A stretch of DNA of 64,000 nt from a virus: positions 3,932-67,931 of IMG/VR virus record IMGVR_UViG_3300043436_002865, one strand, 5' to 3'. Of the stretch, positions 9,057 to 15,920 are shown one piece after another. A program made the translations under genes and the position numbers. Each line of letters starts with the position of its first letter. The first letter of the stretch is position 1. The notes under the pieces were generated by a model that was not told where the DNA came from, did not search any database, and saw only the letters and a list, made by a program, of their open reading frames with translations.

Positions 9057-9247
9057 TAACTAATTAAAAACTGTAGATCTTTTAGGTCGTCTCTCAAGAC
9101 AAAATCGTTTGGTAAACTTACAGCTTCACCATTTTTAATTTTATCACACAGCTTACTAGCTTCTGATAAACTAATTGAGGTGTGCTTTGTTATAACTTTA
9201 GGAGCAGTTTTAAAATCTGCTCCTGCTTTATATCCAATAACTAACAT
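9056..9247 (-). CDS. hypothetical protein (weak resemblance to the L7/L12 C-terminal fold)
   Basis: 63 aa, AGGAG SD; KVITKHTSISLSEASKLCD pattern. Confidence 0.6.
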   Translation of the reverse strand: MLVIGYKAGADFKTAPKVITKHTSISLSEASKLCDKIKNGEAVSLPNDFVLRDDLKDLQFLIS

Positions 9248-9271
9248 CTTATTCTCCTAACAGAGTCTAAG

Positions 9272-9691
9272 CTATATTGGACCTAATATTTCATAACCGC
9301 TTATATTTTCTTTGTATGGATGATGACCACCTAGATAATAGTATTTATAACCTAGTGCTTTATACCATGCACATTCATGAAAATTAGCTTTCCAACCTAA
9401 CTGTAAACTCGGATTTTTATAATTCCATGCAAATTGTATTCCTCGAACGCTTATCTCATCTAAATGAGAAATTATAGAAAACGCTACTAGATCTGAGTTA
9501 TCAAAATATCCAATAACGTCGCTGTTGAGAATTTCATAGTTAAAAAGAGGTTCTACAGAAGAAAATCTTTTATACCTACAATAATCTGTATATATAATGT
9601 TTAATGCTTCTATATTAGGATTAATTAATACAGAAGCATTATCATCTAGTTTGTAGTTTGTTTTTGTTAAATCTATTCTACCATACTTCAT
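9272..9691 (-). CDS. arginyl-tRNA-protein transferase C-terminal-like (GNAT fold) protein
   Basis: LVAFS, FAWNYKNPSLQLG and KALGYKYYYLG resemble the ATE_C/Bpt C-terminal pattern. Confidence 0.55.
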   Translation of the reverse strand: MKYGRIDLTKTNYKLDDNASVLINPNIEALNIIYTDYCRYKRFSSVEPLFNYEILNSDVIGYFDNSDLVAFSIISHLDEISVRGIQFAWNYKNPSLQLGWKANFHECAWYKALGYKYYYLGGHHPYKENISGYEILGPI

Positions 9692-10371
9692 TACTTTACT
9701 AGAAATCCTAATCGCCTTTCAGTAGTATAAGGATATACATCACTCATATCTTCTTCGTCTGGCAGATAGGCATATCCTAAAGCAATATAAGAATCTATAT
9801 CAATAGCATCAGATGCCCAAACAGGTATATACTCATTATAGTTTGAATCTAAACTTCCATCAGGATTGCCTGAACCTCTAAGATGTACTTCAATAGGATT
9901 CTGGCCTTTAAATTCTATATTGATAATAAACCCAGAGAGTTCATTAAACTCTCTTGGAACTTCTGGTATGTAAGAACTACTACGCTCCCATTTAGTAAAC
10001 TTAGTTAAATTGTTAGAGTTATTATATCCTATCCAACAATGTAACGGCTCCCAGTAAGGTTTACTAGTATTAATTCCACCATGTCTAAATTTATAAGTAG
10101 CAGAATAGTGAAAGCCTTTAAAATACTCACACCAAAAATAACCGGGAGGTACAGCAGATTTATCTCCTGCATCAATCCATTTAACTGAAGCTCCCAGCCC
10201 CATTCCAGCTAAATTATAAATAGGTCTAACAACATAGTAATCAGAAACAGTAGGTGCGGTACCCGAAGGCCCGCACTTATAGTTTAAAAGCTCTGATATA
10301 TATAGTTTATTAAACCATTTATGATATTTAGGATATTTATCCCATAATTCATAGTCTGCTAGATTTTCCAT
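9691..10371 (-). CDS. ATP-grasp-like protein
   Basis: YVVRPIYNLAGMGLG, WCEYFKG and INIEFKG..PIEVHLR motifs. Confidence 0.55.
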   Translation of the reverse strand: MENLADYELWDKYPKYHKWFNKLYISELLNYKCGPSGTAPTVSDYYVVRPIYNLAGMGLGASVKWIDAGDKSAVPPGYFWCEYFKGFHYSATYKFRHGGINTSKPYWEPLHCWIGYNNSNNLTKFTKWERSSSYIPEVPREFNELSGFIINIEFKGQNPIEVHLRGSGNPDGSLDSNYNEYIPVWASDAIDIDSYIALGYAYLPDEEDMSDVYPYTTERRLGFLVK

Positions 10372-10379
10372 TAAACCTC

Positions 10380-10453
10380 TGGTGCCGATAGAGAGAATCG
10401 AACTCCCGTCAGCTGATTACTAATCAGCTGCTAAACCACTCAGCTATACCGGC
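10380..10453 (-). tRNA. tRNA-Thr(AGT)
   Basis: Cloverleaf; anticodon arm GCTGA-TTAGTAA-TCAGC; encoded CCA. Confidence 0.9.
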
Positions 10454-10460
10454 ATTAACT

Positions 10461-10536
10461 TGGCTGGGAAGGGTGGATTCGAACCACCAACCAACGGATT
10501 CAAAGTCCGCTACTCTACCAATTGAGCTACTTCCCA
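10461..10536 (-). tRNA. tRNA-Gln(TTG)
   Basis: GCGGA-CTTTGAA-TCCGT; encoded CCA. Confidence 0.95.
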
Positions 10537-10557
10537 ATAAACTTTTGCGCATTAAAT

Positions 10558-10681
10558 AAGGCAGGTGCGGTATCTGCTAGTTTATGAAACTAGGTGCCCA
10601 TGCTCCTTTTACAGCGTTGCGCGGGTGCTGCTTCAAACCTATGCCTATGATCACTTGGCGTGTTTGAACTTTCCTTACCTT
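10558..10681 (-). ncRNA. candidate structured ncRNA between tRNAs
   Basis: Closing stem AAGGTAAGG/CCTGCCTT plus stems TTCAAAC/GTTTGAA, GCAGC/GCTGT and CTAGTTT/AAACTAG. Confidence 0.55.
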
Positions 10682-10686
10682 AATTA

Positions 10687-10774
10687 TGGCGGTGAGGGTG
10701 GGATTCGAACCCACGGTACGTTTCCGTACGCTGGTTTTCTAGACCAGTTCCTTAAACCACTCGGACACCTAACC
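10687..10774 (-). tRNA. tRNA-Ser(AGA)
   Basis: CTGGT-CTAGAAA-ACCAG, long variable arm, G73, encoded CCA. Confidence 0.9.
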
Positions 10775-10781
10775 TAAGTAT

Positions 10782-11066
10782 TTACTTGCTATTTAATTTA
10801 TTTGTTAAGCTACTAATAGTATTTAGTAGTCTTGTGTTATTACAAGCTAGTGCAAAGTTTTTTACTTGTAAATTGATAATACTTGATAAGTAAATAATAT
10901 CACGAGAATCAGCAGGAGTATTCATGTAATTCTTACACACAGCTCCTGCAACTACTTTATATAGATGCTCTTCGTCTATTTCTAACATTCCAAAGTCGAA
11001 GTATTCATCGCCGTCAGCAACTTTTGCCAATTCTACTAATTGGTCTAAAGTAATTTGCTTGTTCAA
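10782..11066 (-). CDS. hypothetical protein
   Basis: 94 aa, TTG start with AGGAG SD. Confidence 0.7.
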   Translation of the reverse strand: MNKQITLDQLVELAKVADGDEYFDFGMLEIDEEHLYKVVAGAVCKNYMNTPADSRDIIYLSSIINLQVKNFALACNNTRLLNTISSLTNKLNSK

Positions 11067-11082
11067 ATATTATCTCCTAATA

Positions 11083-11709
11083 CTACTGAGTAGAATATTT
11101 TAAAAAATTCTCTCTGTGTCTTCTGTAGTATAATAATGCTTGATTATGATAAGCTAGTGTAGCACCTCTTTTACGCATTTGCTGCCACAGATGCCAATCT
11201 TCATTAGGTTGATTACCGCTAAATGTTCTAGCTTCATAACCTATTTCTTGACCTAGTTTTGTTCTATACAACATAGACCCATGATGAGCTGCTGTTCTAG
11301 TCCAATATAAATCACCGTTATTACAACTCACTTCAGGAGCTTCTAAACTAGGAGGCAATTTACCTTTAAGTTCTCCAGTAACCATTATATCATAAGTAAC
11401 AATATCTGTAACAGGAGGACTTAAAACTTCTATAGCATCCGACCTAAACCAGTTATCAGCTCCTATAAACATAACATATTCAGAGCGCACTCTCATAAGC
11501 ATATCTTGAAAATTGCTTACAGTACCTAAGTTTTTATCTCTAAAAATATACTCTACTTCAGGGTATAAGCTAGGCAAATGAGTACAATCGCCAACACCAT
11601 CATCAACAAACATTATGTGAGCTGGTTGAACAGTCTGACTTAAAATAGACTCAATGCAGTGGGCTGCTAAATGTCCATACTTATAAGAAGCTACTACTAC
11701 AGTAATCAT
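11083..11709 (-). CDS. glycosyltransferase family 2
   Basis: TVVVASY, CIESILSQT, FVDDG, NEDW and YYRRH motifs. Confidence 0.85.
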   Translation of the reverse strand: MITVVVASYKYGHLAAHCIESILSQTVQPAHIMFVDDGVGDCTHLPSLYPEVEYIFRDKNLGTVSNFQDMLMRVRSEYVMFIGADNWFRSDAIEVLSPPVTDIVTYDIMVTGELKGKLPPSLEAPEVSCNNGDLYWTRTAAHHGSMLYRTKLGQEIGYEARTFSGNQPNEDWHLWQQMRKRGATLAYHNQALLYYRRHRENFLKYSTQ

Positions 11710-12428
11710 ACTAATTGACCTATATTTATTTTGGGTACTATTGATCCATTTACTAAATAATCAGGATACCCTATTACAGACTTAGCTCTGCAAAACCCAT
11801 TCATATAAGTCATTCTGTTAGAATTAGAAGTATTTTGTTCGCTTCCATGAACAATATTTACAGACCAAATTAGTACATCTCCAGCTTTAGCTTTATATTT
11901 AGTGCCAGTTAAATTGTTTCTCTCAAATACTCTTAAGTTAGGGGGAGAAGAAAAATTATCCCACTTATGAGAGCCTTCAATAAATTCTATTGCCCCGCTG
12001 TCTTCTGTTATGTCATCTATAGCAATTATAGTTTGAAAATAGTCTTCTGCTACTGTATCTTTGAAATTATTAGATTCTCTAAACATGGAATCTCTATGCC
12101 AAGCAAATTGATCTCCATCTCCCGATTCTCTAAAATAAATTTGATTATTAATTTGCTTTACATCATTACCTATAAATTGCTTAACTAATTTAATCAATCT
12201 ACTATCAATTCTAATTGAATTTATATATTCATTAGACAATGCTGGAAAGAAAACTAAAGATCTTTTATTATTTTTGTACTCTGCAGGAGCATGATTATAT
12301 CCAGAATCTGATATATCTTTGTCTACAATAGAATATGCTTCTTTTTTAATATTTAAGCATTCTTCTTTTGTAAAAACATTAGGAATTAATATAACTCCTT
12401 TATCTAAGTATTCTACTATTTTATCCAT
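11706..12428 (-). CDS. PhyH-family Fe(II)/2-oxoglutarate dioxygenase
   Basis: WHRD, IEGSHKW, GDVLIW...VHGS..N...R. Confidence 0.9.
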   Translation of the reverse strand: MDKIVEYLDKGVILIPNVFTKEECLNIKKEAYSIVDKDISDSGYNHAPAEYKNNKRSLVFFPALSNEYINSIRIDSRLIKLVKQFIGNDVKQINNQIYFRESGDGDQFAWHRDSMFRESNNFKDTVAEDYFQTIIAIDDITEDSGAIEFIEGSHKWDNFSSPPNLRVFERNNLTGTKYKAKAGDVLIWSVNIVHGSEQNTSNSNRMTYMNGFCRAKSVIGYPDYLVNGSIVPKINIGQLV

Positions 12429-12940
12429 GATATATAGCTCCTATTTATTTTATACTGCCAGTCTTTTGTAGAAGCATCCCAAGTTCCTTGATGAACGCTC
12501 CAAGCACGCTCGTATCCTGCATCTTTTACTGCTTGCACAACAGTATCATTAAATGAGCCATATGGATAAGCAAAGTATTTACAATCAAAAGGAGCTTTTA
12601 GTTCTTGCTCTAATTGTGCAATAGATATTTGGGTTAAGTCGGGATGGCTCCAAGTATGCCAACCTAATTCAAAGTTATAGAGTTCGCAAAGCTCCTGAAC
12701 TTGTTCTAGAGTGCAGTAACGTTCTAAAGCAGGTACATATTGTAAATCAAATGAGTTATCTTTACCTAGATAATTACCCATAATAAACATAATACCAGAT
12801 TTGTTGGCTAACACATCTTGATTTTCATATACATTTAAGTATATACCATCAAAACCTATTTCATCTGTGCAAGCTAGAATTTCTTCTCTAGTATGGTAAT
12901 TAGAATGTTTATGATTTCCGATATTATGAGCTAACTTCAT
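12416..12940 (-). CDS. NodB-type polysaccharide deacetylase
   Basis: FDG, ELGWHTWSHPDL and FAYPYG motifs. Confidence 0.85.
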   Translation of the reverse strand: MKLAHNIGNHKHSNYHTREEILACTDEIGFDGIYLNVYENQDVLANKSGIMFIMGNYLGKDNSFDLQYVPALERYCTLEQVQELCELYNFELGWHTWSHPDLTQISIAQLEQELKAPFDCKYFAYPYGSFNDTVVQAVKDAGYERAWSVHQGTWDASTKDWQYKINRSYISWIK

Positions 12941-13409
12941 ATACCAATACCTGTTGTCCTAAAATATCTCGATAATTAAATTCAACAGTCTTCACTAACG
13001 TACCGAAGCTAAAAGGCACGAACCATTGTTTGATTCCTGCTACTAAAACTATTTTGCTAGCTGACTCATTAATCCAATCTATTATTTGCTTACTGTTGTA
13101 TTCTTTGTACAAAGTGCCAGTAGTCATAACTAAATCGTATTTGCCTTCAGGACTTAGCACTCTTTGTACATTAGCGGGAAGTCTAGATGCAGCTAAGTCC
13201 GATATTTCAATACCATGTATAGTTTTTGCTGCTATATCTTTAGTTATAAAACCTTCGCCACAACCTATATCTAGAGCTTTATCAAAAGGGCCAAATTCTT
13301 CTATAATGCTTAATAGCACTTGTTTTCTATATTCATCATCTGGATTACCTTTGTAACCCCACGGATCGCTGTTTTTATAGAACTCTTCAAGCCATTCTTT
13401 GTGTGACAT
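12924..13409 (-). CDS. NodS-like SAM-dependent methyltransferase
   Basis: N-terminal DPWGY, ALDIGCGEG, GIEIS. Confidence 0.8.
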   Translation of the reverse strand: MSHKEWLEEFYKNSDPWGYKGNPDDEYRKQVLLSIIEEFGPFDKALDIGCGEGFITKDIAAKTIHGIEISDLAASRLPANVQRVLSPEGKYDLVMTTGTLYKEYNSKQIIDWINESASKIVLVAGIKQWFVPFSFGTLVKTVEFNYRDILGQQVLVYEVSS

Positions 13410-13425
13410 AATTCCTCAATATAGT

Positions 13426-13510
13426 TGGTGCGGGTAGAGGGACTTGAACCCCCACGCCTTGCGGCGCTAGAACCTAAATCTAGTGCGTCTGCCAATTTCG
13501 CCATACCCGC
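13426..13510 (-). tRNA. tRNA-Leu(TAG)
   Basis: CTAGA-TTTAGGT-TCTAG, long variable arm, encoded CCA. Confidence 0.95.
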
Positions 13511-13513
13511 ATA

Positions 13514-13613
13514 AGCGCTCGTCTCTCCGAGCTGTCACACCGATCCATAGAGCCGGAGCCAAGGATCACTTCACGCTAGTGTAACGTGGGTTAGACTCAT
13601 ATCACGTACTATC
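13514..13613 (-). ncRNA. candidate structured ncRNA
   Basis: Stems ACGTG/CACGT and GATCC/GGATC, terminal GCTCG-GAGAGA-CGAGC hairpin; GC-rich and non-coding. Confidence 0.45.
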
Positions 13614-13627
13614 CACAAATTAATAAC

Positions 13628-13712
13628 TGGATGGTCTGTGGACCTCGATGATACTATCATAACCGCATGAACATGTAAGTTACCTTACTTGCTTGGTTGC
13701 AGTATCCATCCA
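13628..13712 (-). ncRNA. candidate structured ncRNA
   Basis: 7-bp closing stem TGGATGG/CCATCCA and internal GTAAG-GTAA-CTTAC hairpin. Confidence 0.45.
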
Positions 13713-13723
13713 AATAGTATATA

Positions 13724-14185
13724 TCAGCTTTCAATCCAAGTCTTTACTTTTTCGCAGTGAGCCTTCCAAGGTTCTGCGTCGTACTCATAACGCTTACGCT
13801 CGTTGTTCCACTTCTTGCTCAGTTTATCAGCAGCAGGTCCATACTTGTTTATCATCTCGCAAACACGAGGAAGTATATGAGCACGAAGTACAGATGTATC
13901 ATTGCACTTATTCTCAACAGACTTATATGATTTGCCAGCGAGATAAGCACGAGCAAGGAAGGTAGCACGATTCTCGTTACGAACATCCCAACGACGATGG
14001 CGATTGAGCGAATTATAACTAATAAACGCTTTATCATGCCAGCGTGGGTATATGTCGTTGTGTCCAGCTTCTCTATATTTGCTGAGAGACCACTGATGCT
14101 GCTTGAGTAGCTTGCGCTCTTCAAAACGAATGATACGAGCTTCTTCTGAAAGGTGCTTTGATTTGATTTTTAGTTCTATAGACAT
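13724..14185 (-). CDS. basic hypothetical protein downstream of the amber leader
   Basis: 153 aa, Arg/Lys-rich; AAGGAG SD partly inside a hairpin. Confidence 0.85.
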   Translation of the reverse strand: MSIELKIKSKHLSEEARIIRFEERKLLKQHQWSLSKYREAGHNDIYPRWHDKAFISYNSLNRHRRWDVRNENRATFLARAYLAGKSYKSVENKCNDTSVLRAHILPRVCEMINKYGPAADKLSKKWNNERKRYEYDAEPWKAHCEKVKTWIES

Positions 14186-14193
14186 TATTTTCT

Positions 14194-14237
14194 CCTTGAT
14201 TAAGTTAATATAAATTATAATTAAGCTGTAATCAAGG
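14194..14237 (-). promoter_or_regulatory. SD-sequestering hairpin
   Basis: CCTTGATTA (14237-14229) is a perfect complement of TAATCAAGG (14202-14194), which includes AAGG of the SD. Confidence 0.75.
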
Positions 14238-14276
14238 TTAAGGTGGCTTTTTTATCTACGAATGAAACTCTTTCAT
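14238..14276 (-). CDS. leader mini-ORF with in-frame amber: MKEFHS*IKKPP*
   Basis: AGGGAG SD 8 nt before ATG AAA GAG TTT CAT TCG TAG ATA AAA AAG CCA CCT TAA. Confidence 0.7.
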
Positions 14277-14298
14277 TTGTAAGTCTCCCTCTTTTTGT

Positions 14299-14373
14299 TG
14301 GTGGTCCTAACAGGAATTGAACCTGCATTTCAGCGTTTTAGAGGCGCGTGCATAGCCATCATGCTCTAGGACC
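14299..14373 (-). tRNA. amber suppressor tRNA (CTA), atypical
   Basis: Acceptor GGTCCTA/TAGGACC, A73, CCA; D stem GCAT/ATGC; anticodon loop CTCTAAA; T arm GCAGG-TTCAATT-CCTGT; imperfect anticodon stem. Confidence 0.8.
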
Positions 14374-14383
14374 AGATTTATAC

Positions 14384-14434
14384 AGGATCATCTTTTTGCT
14401 ACATCCAAGCTTTTTTAGTTGCTGAACTGATCCT
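14384..14434 (-). ncRNA. candidate small stem-loop RNA
   Basis: AGGATCA/TGATCCT stem enclosing GTTCAGCAAC, A-tracts and GCT-TGGATGT-AGC. Confidence 0.4.
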
Positions 14435-14436
14435 AA

Positions 14437-14712
14437 AATACGGGATGCCCTATAGCCACCGCTACGCAGAAACTATTTTATTTCTTTTCACACCGACATC
14501 CAATGTGAAGATAGACTATTACTAATTTCGAGTTAATTCTCGATCAGATAGATTTACAACAGCCTAAGTCCTCTATCTTATCATCCTGATACAGGATGAA
14601 TAAAACTAATACGGTTTTTATCTACATCTTACCCTTGGGCTAACTTTCATACCGCAACTTAATCGAGCCAAGCAGCTTGCCAGTAGTAGACCGGACTTAA
14701 CCGAAAACCGGT
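14437..14712 (-). ncRNA. one or two candidate structured RNAs
   Basis: Non-coding; stems CGGTTTT/AAAACCG, TCTAC/GTAGA, GATAGA/TCTATC, TCGAG/CTCGA, TTCACA/TGTGAA, TCATCCTG/CAGGATGA. Confidence 0.4.
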
Positions 14713-14716
14713 AAAT

Positions 14717-14791
14717 TGGAGCGGGTGAAGGGGATCGGACCCTCGACATTCTGCTTGGAAGGCAGACGCTCTACCACTGAGCTACACCCGC
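14717..14791 (-). tRNA. tRNA-Gly(TCC)
   Basis: TCTGC-CTTCCAA-GCAGA, U73, CCA; T-loop variant TCCGATC. Confidence 0.92.
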
Positions 14792-14797
14792 GTATTA

Positions 14798-14872
14798 TGG
14801 TGCGGAATGAGAGATTCGAACTCCCGACAATCTCGGTGTAAACGAGGGGCTCTACCACTGAGCTAATTCCGC
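14798..14872 (-). tRNA. tRNA-Val(TAC)
   Basis: CCTCG-TTTACAC-CGAGA; encoded CCA. Confidence 0.95.
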
Positions 14873-14877
14873 ATTAT

Positions 14878-15048
14878 TCAATAACTTGTATTTAACCAGG
14901 AAGCTAAGTATAACATACGTTCTTCTGGCGTTTTAGTTGGTTCAATACCTAAATCTTCAGGATCTTCACCTACAATAATAGCATAATAATTCTTAAAAGC
15001 TTGTTCTAGTTGAGCCAATGCTTTTTGTTCTTTTACTAAAAGAGCCAT
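14878..15048 (-). CDS. small hypothetical protein (56 aa)
   Basis: Manual translation MALLVKEQKALAQLEQAF...WLNTSY; AGGA SD. Confidence 0.6.
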   Translation of the reverse strand: MALLVKEQKALAQLEQAFKNYYAIIVGEDPEDLGIEPTKTPEERMLYLASWLNTSY

Positions 15049-15065
15049 AAACTATATCCTAATAA

Positions 15066-15157
15066 TGGCGGTGAGACAGGGATTCGAACCCTGGGTACCA
15101 TTTTACTGGTACGACGGTTTAGCAAACCGCTCCTTTCGGCCTCTCAGGCACCTCACC
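15066..15157 (-). tRNA. tRNA-Ser(GCT)
   Basis: GCGGT-TTGCTAA-ACCGT, long variable arm, encoded CCA. Confidence 0.95.
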
Positions 15158-15167
15158 AATACTATTT

Positions 15168-15196
15168 ATAATAACAAATAACAATTAAACTAGCAA
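15168..15196 (-). promoter_or_regulatory. sigma70-type promoter
   Basis: TTGCTA-N17-TATTAT just upstream of tRNA-Ser. Confidence 0.6.
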
Positions 15197-15204
15197 GCTA
15201 ATTT

Positions 15205-15726
15205 TTAATTTGAGTATATCCAATTATTCCAACTATCATGCTTTATAGCATAGAAAGGTAACTTCTTACGTTTTTCTACTAATTCAAAATAGCTAGGTTG
15301 ATAAGGAGCATATCTTGGTTTAATTTTTGTTTTATTGCTTTTTTTATGATTACAAGGACCACATGCAGTAGCAATATTAGTCCAATTTGTTTTACCACCT
15401 AGAGATAGCGGTAACACATGATCCATTGTAGCAGTTTTATTGCTTAGTTGAGAATTACAATATAAACACTTATACTCATCTCGTAAGTACACATTACTTC
15501 TAGAAAATCTAACTGACGTTTTACGCTTTAAATAATCTTTAAGCATAATAACTGCAGGAACACGAGTTTCCCAATTGGCTGAATGCACAACCCAATCATC
15601 ATACCATTCTAATACATCACATTTGTCGTGATACATATATAGAATAGCTTCTCGCCAGCTCACTGCGCTCAAAGGCACTACACTAACTGGTAGTCCATCG
15701 GCATTTAAAACTAAAGTATCAGACAT
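15205..15726 (-). CDS. HNH endonuclease
   Basis: LVLNAD, RDEYKCLYC, DHVLPLSLGG and ACGPCNHKK motifs. Confidence 0.92.
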   Translation of the reverse strand: MSDTLVLNADGLPVSVVPLSAVSWREAILYMYHDKCDVLEWYDDWVVHSANWETRVPAVIMLKDYLKRKTSVRFSRSNVYLRDEYKCLYCNSQLSNKTATMDHVLPLSLGGKTNWTNIATACGPCNHKKSNKTKIKPRYAPYQPSYFELVEKRKKLPFYAIKHDSWNNWIYSN

Positions 15727-15899
15727 TATTTATTTCCTGTGTGTCTCTTTTTTACTCTTATAGCCGCTGCATAATGATCTGGACTCAATACTGATAGCAT
15801 ACTTAAACAAATTTGTTCTTCTTTAGAGTTGCGTGCTATTACAGCTTTAGCAAATCTTTTTAAATAACTGTCGAGTATGGGTTGTAATACTGATTTCAC
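15726..15899 (-). CDS. small hypothetical protein (57 aa)
   Basis: GTG start; stop overlaps the HNH start (TAATG). Confidence 0.5.
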   Translation of the reverse strand: MKSVLQPILDSYLKRFAKAVIARNSKEEQICLSMLSVLSPDHYAAAIRVKKRHTGNK

Positions 15900-15920
15900 T
15901 ACTAATCTCTTTAATAGGCG

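Noticed and set aside
10565-10777. 70 aa plus-strand ORF
   Set aside because: Antisense shadow of tRNA-Ser and the candidate ncRNA.
13310-13504. 64 aa ORF
   Set aside because: Translation of the tRNA-Leu gene.
13560-13613. Pistol, hammerhead or HDV/theta ribozyme near the tRNAs
   Set aside because: Only superficial similarity (CGTG...CCACGTTA). No pseudoknot or catalytic core could be completed, and no HDV-like fold follows tRNA 3' ends.
14299-14373. Pyrrolysine tRNA
   Set aside because: Shares the CTCTAAA loop but has A73, D-loop GG and T-loop TTC, and no pyl genes are in the window.
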